NCBI RefSeq assembly: GCF_964204645.1
Contig: NC_134032.1
Location: 15,364,275-15,428,274, forward strand
Direction: 5' to 3'
From: Tubulanus polymorphus
Taxonomy: Eukaryota > Animalia > Nemertea
Length of the DNA stretch: 64,000 bases
Shown here: positions 52,901-63,794 of the stretch, piece by piece
How positions within the stretch are numbered: position 1 is the first letter of the stretch
Layout: every line of letters starts with the position of its first letter
Notes under the pieces: generated by a model
The model's database searches: none
What the model was told of the DNA's origin: nothing
The model's input: the letters and a program-made list of their open reading frames with translations, nothing else
Position numbers and translations under genes: made by a program

Positions 52901-54892
52901 GTAATGACTAATTACACTTCCCAGCTCAAACGTACTTTTGAGCTGGTGCCCCTGGGCATTAGGAAATTAAACCGGGTCGGTTACTGATGAAATCAAGTTT
53001 ATCGACTGTGGTTTCTCTAACCAACTTTTAAGCAACTACATGTGAATGTGGTTTTTGAGACAATATAAGATAAGGTACATAGCTGTAGTTACTAAATGGT
53101 AGATTTAAGTTACATAGTTAATTAAACTACTTTAACCAACTTCTGAGCAACTGCAGCGCCCCTGCTACTGAAAGTTTATATCGCGGCCGTAGCGTTTGTG
53201 GCTCATTTCTCTTCCAATTTACTGGCGCATAAATACCATCTTTACAATGAACTTTTAATTGTCACTGTGTCAACTATCCACTGGTTAACTCTAACCAACC
53301 TTTGAGCAACTGCAGCGCCCCCTGATTTATATCTATGGTTTCTCTTAATCTTCACTGGTCCGCGCATGGGTATTATACATACATCTTATACTTATTACGT
53401 AAAATAGAAATCTTGATATAATCTTATTATTATATCTCAGCAACGTTGTATTCTATTCACCACCGTCCAGGCTCGTAACGATCTGAGGAAATGTTTACAA
53501 ATATTTGCCATTAAAACACTGTTCGTTGTTTAATAATGAATGAATAATAATAGGGTTTTCTGCCGATTGATCAGAAAACCCTAATTAACATATCTATGAT
53601 ATAGGCTTTTGAATAGATAAGGAAGAATTAGTAGAAGCGCCCTACCTTTTTCGGTGCCCAGGCTTTATCAAAAATAGAGTTGTAAGATAAGACTTTTATT
53701 ACGACCCGCTCAGGATTTAGTATGTTCGTGTTGCTTATTAACCCCGTGTTATATTTGTTCCTTTTGAATGTGACATGACTCTTGAAACGAAATGGTTCAG
53801 AGTAAATCGTTCTGTCTTCTTTATTTCTGCCGTATATCTTTATAGAAACACTGCCAGTAAAACTGGCAAAATTCCAGTCTCCAGTGTACACATCCAGTGT
53901 CCAGTTTACTGAAAGAAAATCAGTTGTACGCATAAATTACAGTTAGTTATAAGGAAAATCAATAAACAACCAGTTCACTGAAAAATAATCATTTATGTAA
54001 GCACAATTACGGCTAGTTATTTCATTAGGAAAATCAATTAACAATCAACCTATTGTTGTTGAATTGAAAAAGTTAGGCCACGTAAAGAATACCCTTGTTT
54101 CTCATCAGCCTTTTTGGAAAAGTGATGGGGGCAGGATTTTATTTTTAGCTCCCTTTAATTAAATAGTAGATCGAGATAAAAAGCCTGATTCTGTTTCTGA
54201 ATTTCTCGATTTGATTTCTGAAAACATCGATATCCATTTCATACTGCATTAATTGAAGTATTCAATTAAGACCTTTCGCTAATTCTTCAATACAGTAAAT
54301 AATGGATTAAAAATCAATGTTTCATGTCAACTGCCGATTCTTTCTGGTACTAATGAGACCTGTATCGGGTTCTAAAACTGACTGAGCTAGGCCAACCGTT
54401 CACCAGGAACCTTAGTCTCTGAGTGGGTGGATTCGTTACTAGGATCGTAGAGTGACGGAGATCACGGTAGATACAACCACTTCCGGGACTGACTGAACTA
54501 AAGGGGTTCATCAAGAACCTCAGTGTCTGATGTACCAGAGTTGGGTTCACTAGGATCGTAGAGTGACGGAGATCAGTGTGGAGACAAACACTTCCAGGAC
54601 TGGGTGAACTGAAGGGGTTCATCAAGAACCTCAGTGTCTGATGTACCAGAGTTGGGTTCACTAGGATCGTAGAGTGACGGAGATCAGCGTAGATACAACT
54701 ACTTCCGGGACTGAGTGAACGCTCGGAAACTGTGCTGGACCTATATCAAATCAACATTGACACCAGTGACTAATTTCAAAAACGTTTGTCTCTCGGTCTC
54801 ATAACTCGTCACAAACACTTACCGGGTTCACTTCGACAAGCTGAAACACATACGAGCCAAATCAGCAGGCCCGCGTAAACCTTCCTATCCAT
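49996..54892 (-). CDS. Type I membrane protein of about 416 aa: signal peptide, PLAT/LH2-like domain, Thr/Ser stalk, TM helix and tyrosine-repeat cytoplasmic tail
   Basis: Exons 54892-54823 (MDRKVYAGLLIWLVCVSACRSEP), 53908-53646 (WTLDVYTGDWNFASFTGSVSIKIYG...F.RN...AWAPKK), 52696-52579 (VELMR...YTFNCYKKWM), 52408-52349, 52182-52126, 51266-51102 (TM IIIPIGGVLVVLLIIIVVVCLVF-RHRRR) and 50513-49996. All introns are GT-AG with compatible phases. Confidence 0.82.
50700..51048 (-). promoter_or_regulatory. Cluster of CTCF-like motifs, reverse orientation, intronic
   Basis: gcgccacctagctgaaccttgattgccacagt, cgctacctagcggatcattgattgccaca, gctccacctagcgg, gctccacctggcgg and cgccacctggc. Confidence 0.5.
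52810..53325. mobile_element. Cluster of MITE family A variants in an intron
   Basis: gggctgcagttactcaaaggttggtt, and taaccaac...gagcaactgcagcgccccctg twice. A short nested palindrome gggaagtgtaat/attacacttccc is also present. Confidence 0.65.
54375..54722. repeat. 111-bp tandem repeat, about 3 copies, in intron 1
   Basis: actaggatcgtagagtgacggagatca recurs at 111-bp spacing. Confidence 0.88.
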
Positions 54893-55229
54893 TCCTACAC
54901 AGACGACCAGTTATAATAACGTACACATAACGACCTGCAACTGATGTTTGCTTTTTCACGATATTTTACTTCCTTGTAATTCATCACACATTCAAAACAC
55001 GTTTATCAGTAAAGCCCACGCATTGTGAACGATTTCCCTGGATGAACAAACTTTTTTTTGTCCAAACGAAAGGTTTTTTGTTCGAACAATTGTTCGATTG
55101 AACAGAATCGTTTGAATTTGATCAGAATTTTCTTTTCAGAACATTAAATTTTTCGTACTGAATTATTTATAGCATTATGTACAAATATCTATACATTAAA
55201 CTACAGAAGTCCTTTATAGATAATTCAAC

Positions 55230-55390
55230 ACCTTAAGACCAGTCTAAGCTCATTCTAGTTCTATAAACAATCTAACAACTTAAGACCAGTCTAAACTCAT
55301 TTCGGTTCTATAGACAATCTAACAACTTAAGACCAGTCTAACTCATTTTGGTTTTATAACCAATCTAACAACTTAAGACCAGTTTTAAGA
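55230..55390 (-). repeat. 47-bp minisatellite (inverted), about 3 units
   Basis: caatctaacaacttaagaccagtctaa units. Confidence 0.85.
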
Positions 55391-55759
55391 TTTAACACTA
55401 TTTGGTACTCAAATCCCGACTAAGAAACCGTCTCAGATTCTCAGTATTGTGATGTTTTCTATTTTTACTCTCTATGTCTAACACTGATTCATCTCATTGT
55501 TACGATAAATAAGTGATGAACCGAAATTACGAGTACATGCAATCATAATTGTACGTCATAAAAACCACAATGAAAATGGGAGCCGTTTGGAATATAGAGT
55601 GATCGGGTCTGGTAGGTTATTGCCGAAAACACTCAGCGCCTTCAGGTGTAACGAATATCATTGTGATATTATTGTGATGATATCACTGGGTGTGGATTCG
55701 ATATTTCCCACGTAAACGTTTTCGAAAAAATATTCTGTAAAAAATATAAGCGATCGTTC

Positions 55760-58200
55760 ATGAGTGTGGGAATGTGTTTGGAGAGATGGCTGATGTTGGC
55801 TTTCTGCGTCGTTCTGTTGTTTTCGAACAGCAGTTTGCTAAGCGCAACCAGTTTCCCGATCGGTAAGAGACGACAATTTCTTTATTTTGCGAAATCATTT
55901 CTACAATTATCGACGTATGATTCTAACAGGCGATCGATTCAGGGTTACACCTCTATCCTGTTTATACCTGTATTTATTACCATTAATTATGTACTTTTTT
56001 AGAATACAGAACTGATTTTCATAGATATGTGATAGGCCTGGGAGTATTTTTTAAAATTTGTCAGTTATTACCATGGTTTCTCGTTATTACTTATGATGGT
56101 TGTCACCCGGAAAGAGGATTTACCCCTAGGGATAACTTTGATACTCAGCCTATATAACCGGTCCCAGGTTAAGGATTTACCCCTAGGGATAACTTTGATA
56201 CTCAGCCTATATAACCGGTCCCAGGTTAAGGATTTACCCCTAGGGATAACTTTGATACCCAGTCTATAAAACTCTGTCACCGTGTTGGCACCAATTAACC
56301 ATCGAATCAATTCAATTCAAATCAAATCACCAGATGAATAAAATCGACGATCATCCGTATTTCAAAATAAGACAAAAGAAATCAATTTCATTATTTTGAC
56401 AATATTCCGAAGGGGTTAAGATTTCAGATTTAACCATGCGATTCATCAACAATTCGTAAAGTCTACTGAGGACCAGTTGCTGAAAATTTGAGTTAAATTA
56501 AACCCACACAACTGTGGAACTGAGTCAAGATTTAAATTGAATCCACACAACTGTGGAACTGGAAATAGATTAGATTGAACTCATGCAACTGAGAAAACTG
56601 GATCCAGCAGAGACAAATTAAATTCACACATCTGTTGAACTGGATTCAGAAATAGATTCAAACCCATACAACTGCGGAACTGGGTTCAGAGTCAAATTTG
56701 GTTAGAGTTAACCAGTGGATAGTTGACATAGTAACAATTAAAACTTCATTGTCACTGTATTTATCTTTAACCAACTTTTCAGCAACTGCAGCCCTGAGCG
56801 TCTTTATGAATTTTTGGATACATATATTTCCAGATTGGTGCGGACCGAGGGAGCGACTTCGATGGAACGTCATTAAAGGCGTTGTTTCGACTTACACCAC
56901 ACCGCTGCACGAGAATTTAACAATACCGCAGTGTATCAAAATGTGCGCAAGTTACACCGAATTTCTGTGTCGATCTGTCGAGTACTATACAATAGCTAGA
57001 AAGTGCCGCATGCAACCAGACAGCAGGTTCACTAAACCCGGTAATTTCCGTAACTCGTCAGAATATGAAATGATCGACTGGACTTGTGAACTAGCGAAAT
57101 CGTTGGGTAGGTTTTCAAAAGCCAACCTTCGTACTCAGGATCCAGTTCCACAGTTGTGAGTTCAAAGTTGATTCCGAGTTGAAATCAATTAATTTTCGAT
57201 GAGATGGTAACTGCGATCTCATCGAAAATTAATTGATTTCAACTCGGAATCAACTTTGAACTCACACAACTGTGGAACTGGATCCTGAGTTCAGAGTTAA
57301 CTCTAACTCTCAACTGTGGAACTTGATCCTGAGTTCAGAGTTAACTCTAATTCAAAACTGTGGAACTTGATCCTGAGTTCAGGGTTAACTCTAACTCACA
57401 ACTGTGGAACTGGATCCTGAGTTCACAGTTAACTCTAACTCTCAACTGTGGAACTGGATCCTGAGTTCAGAGTTAACTCTAACTCTCAACTGTGGAACTT
57501 GATCCTGAGTTCAGAGTTAACTCTAATTCAAAACTGTGGAACTTGATCCTGAGTTCAGGGTTAACTCTAACTCACAACTGTGGAACTGGATCCTGAGTTC
57601 ACAGTTAACTCTAACTCTCAACTGTGGAACTGGATCCTGAGGTCAGAGTTAACTCTAATCATAGCTGTGAAATAGCACTGTAGAACTGGATCCAGTTTTT
57701 CAATTTGCTGAAGATTAAGCTTGCTTACTGCAATCCAAGCCCGACACAACACTTTTTTATTTTGGCAAAGTTGTCATTTTCAGAACTCGAATCAATAAGC
57801 GACGAGTGTAAATTAATTACATATATTTTTTTCAAATTTTTTGTCGCAAAGTTATATAGCGACGTGTGCATATTTCTGTGTCTAAAATTTCAAGATTCTT
57901 TTCATGAAATTATTCTTTTTCAATACCGATTTAGATTTCGCGGGCGTCGACTCGAAATTGCTCCCATCATCCGACATAGAACCGCTAGAACCGGTCGCAA
58001 CAACAACATCTGATATCAGCTGTAGCTTCAAGTGCCTCGTGAATCGAGGATGCGATCTGTTTGCTATCAAGCGACAACAACACAACGCAGTAAAATGTCG
58101 TTTATACAATACCGATCTGATCGCAGACGATCAATGGCAACACGTGACTGATGACCATGTGATCATCTTTAAGGATCAGTTTAAGATTAAATACTCGTAA
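55760..58200 (+). CDS. Secreted protein with two PAN/apple-like domains, about 213 aa; exons 55760-55862, 56834-57106 and 57935-58200
   Basis: Hydrophobic leader WLMLAFCVVLLFS. PAN-type cysteine spacing in QCIKMC...FLCRSVEY...KCRM and SCSFKCL...CDLFAI...KCRLY. Both introns are phase 1 and GT-AG. Confidence 0.85.
56112..56270. repeat. 57-bp tandem repeat, about 2.7 copies
   Basis: aggatttacccctagggataactttgatac at 56115, 56172 and 56229. Confidence 0.9.
56470..56797. repeat. Degenerate 42-bp family units joined to a MITE family A half
   Basis: cacacaactgtggaactgg units followed by ttggttagagttaaccagtggatag...taaccaacttttcagcaactgcagccc. Confidence 0.7.
57133..57695 (+). repeat. Near-perfect 158-bp palindrome followed by a 42-bp minisatellite
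   Basis: Arms 57133-57205 and 57216-57290 with a 10-nt spacer, then about 9 units. Confidence 0.9.
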
Positions 58201-58224
58201 ATAAACAGCTAAGAAATTGAACTT

Positions 58225-58490
58225 CCAGGGGGCGCTGCAGTTGCTGAAAAGTTGGTTGAAGATAACTGGCGCCGGATAAATGATAACTAACTGGTTAACT
58301 CTAGCAAGATAAGATAAGATAACTTTATTTGTCTCCATGACTAATAAAGAGTTAATAACAATAGTAATAATAAATTTTTAATCATACGTATATAAATTAT
58401 CACTGTTCAATTTGCTGACGAGAGTAAATTTCAAATTGTATATCGCATTTTGAGAGAAAGAAACTTTTGAGCAACAGCAGCGCCCCCTGG
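58225..58490. mobile_element. MITE family A variant with extended termini and an internal insertion
   Basis: ccagggggcgctgcagttgctgaaaagtt ... aacttttgagcaacagcagcgccccctgg. Confidence 0.65.
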
Positions 58491-59524
58491 ATGATATACA
58501 ATTTTAGGGTGGTAATGTTTATATCACTTATGTGTTAGAACCAATAACAATGAGCTACGCTTTTCTCATCAAATGTAAGATCATCAGGTGTGAAAGAGAT
58601 TATGACCAAAAACATAGAAAATTCATATAAAATTTTAAAAATCTTTTGATTTGTACACTGTGGGTTTTTTTTTAATCTTATTATCCGTTCTTCAACCCAA
58701 TCTTTGTCCCTCTCTGAGAAATTTTCTCTGCGTCGTTATGTGTTGATTGTTGTTTGTCTCGCCGTCGTATCACGCCTATTCGCCACCTTTGTTTTACAAC
58801 ATTTTTCATGTCTCCGCAGTTTTTTGACGCCTAATGACGATGTCTACTTCAACCCAGACTCAAGATAGGATATCGAGTGACAGCCAAACAGCGCCGACAC
58901 GGGCCGGCTGGCTGGTGGACCACACGATATGCTCAAAGTCACGATGAAGCAGACATCAGAAGAGCTCTTTCTTCAATCATGGAGGCAATGAAGTTGCATT
59001 GACAATTTTTCAATAAAAAAATTAAACCACCAATCAGTACAGTCGAAGACCTGTATCATCTACCCAATCGCCAAATCTCATCATTTCCCAAATTTCTTAA
59101 AACTTATCCCAAAAATTCTACATTTTTTCGCAGGCGTCAAATAATTTATTAAAGTTAATTTTCTTGTTGTTACTGTACCTACATTAATTGTTATGTGTAA
59201 AAATAAAGACATTCCAGTTTTGGTATTTTTGGTGTTTTGGTATTTGGTATTTGGTATTTGCATAGAACTCTATGGTATTTGGTATATTGGTATTCCTCCA
59301 GCTGCTAGTTGAATCGTTACTCTTTCCCTCTGTTCTGGAGTTTCCGATGTCGACCATACTTCGCGAATAGGAATCCAAAATCGCGTTGTTACAATAGAAT
59401 ATACAAACTTTAAAGATCAATATAGGTTTTATTGTTATTTGACTTTATTGCAACATCAAGACACGGAACTCTATACAATACAAGTGATACGGTGTTATAT
59501 ACAAGGACGGTAACATTGAAATTT

Positions 59525-59772
59525 GGATCCAGTTCCACAGTTGTGCAGGTTTAATTTGATTCCGGATCCAGTTTCACGCGATATTGAACCCACACAACTG
59601 TGGAACTGGGTTCAGAGTCAAATTAAACCCACAAAACTGTGGAACTGGGTCCAGATATAGATTGAACCCACACAACTGTGGAACTGGGTTCAGAGTCAAA
59701 TTAAACCCACACAACTATGGAACCGGATTCAGATATATATTGAACCCACACAACTGGGTTCAGAGTCAAATT
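59525..59772 (+). repeat. Variant (about 39-40-bp) array of the 42-bp family
   Basis: aacccacacaactgtggaactgg units. Confidence 0.8.
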
Positions 59773-59971
59773 CAACAACAATTCAATTAATCGTTAACTG
59801 TTCTTCACAGCCGTAATCCGTCTGTCATTACCCACTGGATGACGTCATAGATTTCCCAATATACACGTCATATCCGGTATTCCCATTCTATCCTCGAGCT
59901 TTAGACTTCAACGCCACCTGGTGGCGTTTATTTGATTCAAATCGTTTTTATCAACGAATCAGTTTTCGAAT

Positions 59972-62900
59972 TTAAATGTTACTATTCGATTGGTTGACTG
60001 TTGCCACGGTGATAGCTGCTGTCGCTCCTGTCGTCTGACGGGTTACTTGCTGCTGGGTAGATTTACTGACAGGTCGAGACAGTCCAATTTGAGAACACAT
60101 TATTTTCGTGAATTCTGTAAATATCATGAAAAATATGATACAAACGAAAATAAGTTCCTCTTATTTCATGCTCAAATTTCAACTCTTAACTAAGGCGCCT
60201 AACGCAGTGCGCGTCCGAGACCTGGTCTGCGTTGACGGAATTAATCTTATCGAATTTTACTTTCATGATAACCCCCTAGTGGGAGTGAGCCGATCCTGGA
60301 GGTACTGCAATACCAGGCCAACTCGTGGCGAAGGCGGAGCAAGCCCCTGACTCTTCACCTAGTGCCAAAAATCAGTTTAATATCGAAGCTCCCCGATGGG
60401 GAGCGTATCAGATATTAAGCTGATAAGAACAGATACTACACTTTGATCTTAGCCAATAGGCCGAGAAGCGATACCGTTCAGACTTCGCGATTTCTTATAT
60501 ACGAAAACCCGATCTCTGTGGGGCTAGGTGCCGACTTTAACGCATAAAAACTGACATTAAATATCTTTATCCGCGGTGTTTAATTTCGTAAAAATATTCG
60601 TCTTAAAATGCAAAAAATTCCCTGAAATATTTGAGGTATTTTTACCGCTTTCGAAATCAGCGAATGTATTGAAAATTGGGTTTTTAATCCTTTCGTCTAA
60701 ATTCTCTAAACGACAAATGCATAATTTGGCATTATTCAAATATTGCATTGTGTTCGAGCTATTCATAAATGCGTTATGAATGAATACAATAATCGATCGA
60801 TTGAGGCCAAACGATCACAAAGTGCGCTTTACACAGAGCGCCGCGGCAGGCGAGAGCTATTACAATGTGTGGTGTACGCACACAGTGTAACACAATGTAA
60901 CTAGTTTCTCCTCGCTGTCCATCAGATCAGCTGCTGTCTCTATCACAAAAACCCCTATTCCAATGATTGTCAATTATTATGAGGCCGAATTCTTATTTTT
61001 TTCGGGAATAGCATTCTGGTGTCGGTAGCCTCTTGTCGGCAGCCACACCTTAAGAATAATTCTCATTTTGAAAATAGAGATGACTCCATAAATCCGTATC
61101 CCTTTCGAGGGAGGAACGTGACAGAGTCTCACGATGTCATCAGGTTCGAATCCTTGCCGAGGGAGGAACGTGGCAGAGTCTCATGATGTCATCAGGTTCG
61201 AATCCCTGCCGAGGGAGGAACCTGGCAGAGTCTCACTATGTCATCAGGTTCGAATCCCTGCCGAGGGAGGAACGTGGCAGAGTCTCACGATGTCATCAGG
61301 TTCGAATCCCTGCCGAGGGAGGAATTCGCAACTGTTTTTTATACCTTTATAGTCTATTTCACCGTCACCGTTAATATCAGCTTCGTGAAGCATCGCTTCC
61401 AACTCCGTCTGAGACAAAGCTTCCCCTAAATTCGACATTATCTCTCGCAGTTCTTGCGCGCTTATTTTACCGTTGTTGTCCTGAAGAAAAAACAATGCAA
61501 TTGAATTTACGGTTTTCTGGGATAAAGACAATTTCTAAACTCATTTTTATAGACTGATATTAACTCAATTCATTTTCGATTGAGTTAACCCCCAGATTAG
61601 AAATGATACCAGCTTAAACTGGCCCCAGGGTTCTATTGTCGAGACTTTAATTACAAAACATCTCTTAAGTACTAAGACTAGGCTTAAGTTGTTATATTGG
61701 TTATAGAACCAGAATGAGCTTAAACTGGTCTTAAATGGTTAGATTGGTTATAGAACTAGAATGAGTTTAGACTGGTCTCAAGTTGTTAGATGGGTTATAC
61801 AACCAAAACGAGCTTAGACTGGTCTTAAATTGTTAGATTGGTTATAGAACTAGAATGAGTTTAGAATGGTCTTAAGTTGTTAGATTGGTTATAGAACTAG
61901 AATGAGTTTAGAATGGTCCTAAGTTGTTAGATTGGTTATAGAACTAACATGAGTTTAGACTGGTCTTAAGTTGTTAGATTGGTTATAGAACCAGAATGAG
62001 CTTAGACTGGCCTTAAGTTGTTAGATTGGTTATAGAACCAGAATGAGCTTAAACTGGTCTTAAATGGTTAGATTGGTTATAGAACTAGAATGAGTTTAGA
62101 CTGGTCTCAAGTTGTTAGATGGGTTATACAACCAAAACGAGCTTAGACTGGTCTTAAATTGTTAGATTGGTTATAGAACTAGAATGAGTTTAGAATGGTC
62201 TTAAGTTGTTAGATTGGTTATAGAACTAGAATGAGTTTAGAATGGTCCTAAGTTGTTAGATTGGTTATAGAACTAACATGAGTTTAGACTGGTCTTAAGT
62301 TGTTAGATTGGTTATAGAACCAGAATGAGCTTAGACTGGCCTTAAGTTGTTAGATTGGTTATAGAACCAGAATGAGCTTAAACTGGTCTTAAATTGTTAG
62401 ATTGGTTATAGAACTAAATTGAGCTTAGACTGGTCTTAAGTTGTTAGATTGGTTATAGAACTAAAATGAGTTTAGACTGGTCTTAAGTTGTTAGATTGGT
62501 TATAGAACCAGAATGAGCTTAGACTAGGCTCAAGTTGTAAGATTGCTTATAGAACCAGAATGAGCTTAAACTGGTCTTAAATTGTTAGATTGGTTATAGA
62601 ACTAAAATGAGCTTAGACTGGTCTTAAGTTGTTAGATTGGTTATAGAACTAACATGAGCTTAGACTGGTTTTAAATCTAAGCCATGAATGGAACCGGCTT
62701 CACTGTACCTTGTCGAACATGCGGAAAGCAGTAACGATATCTTCCTCGTTTAAACCCATATCATTCTGTTTTTGTTTTGCCATCATTTCTAGAAATTCTG
62801 GGAACTCTATTGATCCGTTTCCTGGAGAAAAAAAACCAAACAAACAAACGTATTTTTCACCAATCAACCCGATTGTACGCATGCACTGTGGGATTTATGC

Positions 62901-63725
62901 TGGTTCTCCTAAACCCGGACACAAACAAACGATTGATCTCGACGCAGAACACATAATACGCTTAATATTGCCTTTTCAAAGTGTACTTTTTGGATGTGGG
63001 ACACGTTCAGGTTACAAGTGATAGAAATAATATCACCATAAAACCTGGGGGTGGGTGGGGGTGGGTGGGGGTGGGGGGTTTCCCAGTTTGAGCTCGTGTT
63101 ATAAGTGAAAATGGCATCATAGACTGGGGGTGTCCTTTGTGAGGTGCTGTTGAACTGAGACAAAATTATCACCGTAGAACAGCTTGAAGGAGGGTGGGTG
63201 GTGGAGGGGCGGTTGATTATGATTTACTCTTTACCAGCAGTTCATGACCTAATAGTGCCGTTTTGGGGTGTGAAAACTAGATCCCTTTTGTTTTTAGTTT
63301 CAGTTTGGCTTTACGTCGCCTGGATCTCAGTTTCCCAAGACTAACCCTAACCCTATTTGATCATTCATTTAACCTCACGACTGAACCTCAGCACTGTAAG
63401 CAGCCAGCAGGACTCGAACCCGCTTGTCACTCAGCTTTGTACAGCAGGGCCCGAACCCTGAAAGTGTATGCAACAGCATCACGCCTAATCTCACTGAGCT
63501 ACGAAGCCACTACTGAAGTCAAACGCCCGTCATGGGACCCCTGGATCCACCCGAGCGCCACCTATATTAGTAAATACAAACCGTCTTTGTCGACCTCGCG
63601 TATCATATTTTTGATGTCTTTCTCTGTGGGATGCATGTTCAGAGATCTGAGCACTGTACCGATCTCGTGAGCTGTGATTGTACCGTCGCTATTCTTATCG
63701 AACAGGCTGAAATTTTCACGGATTT
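59972..63725 (-). CDS. Calmodulin-like four-EF-hand protein with a C-terminal extension (5' exons outside the window); exons 63725-63582, 62821-62709, 61480-61345 and 60114-59972
   Basis: EF loops [36 protein letters not shown] and [12 protein letters not shown]. Introns are GT-AG. Exon sizes 144/113/136 correspond to the calmodulin pattern of 144/107/136. Too diverged to be canonical calmodulin. Confidence 0.92.
60281..60472 (-). ncRNA. U2: U2 spliceosomal snRNA
   Basis: Reverse complement begins ATCGCTTCTCGGCCTATTGGCTAAGATCAAAGTGTAGTATCTGTTCTTATCAG. It has the Sm site GATTTTTGG and loop IV TATTGCAGTACC. Length is about 192 nt. Confidence 0.97.
61105..61322 (+). repeat. 52-bp minisatellite with a Pol III B box in each unit (tRNA/SINE-derived)
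   Basis: Unit gagggaggaacgtggcagagtctcacgatgtcatcaGGTTCGAATCCctgcc, 4 copies. Confidence 0.88.
61670..62680 (+). repeat. 47-bp minisatellite, about 21 units, with a 329-bp higher-order duplication
   Basis: Diagnostic variants (ttaaatggtt; gatgggttatacaaccaaaacg) recur 329 bp apart. Confidence 0.93.
63375..63510 (-). mobile_element. tRNA-derived SINE-like element in the calmodulin-like intron
   Basis: Reverse complement ggcttcgTAGCTCAGTGAGattaggcg...GGGTTCGAGTCCtgctggctgcttacagtg has A- and B-box-like motifs without a tRNA cloverleaf. A homologue lies at 29.9 kb. Confidence 0.6.
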
Positions 63726-63794
63726 CTGAAATAAGAACAGATCGACCGACCGTGACTACAGTAAACTGATATTAATATCTATGCGGAGTTAACA

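Noticed and set aside
63340-63356. Telomere-like ctaaccctaaccct
   Set aside because: Only about two units, which is expected by chance or as part of the adjacent repeat.
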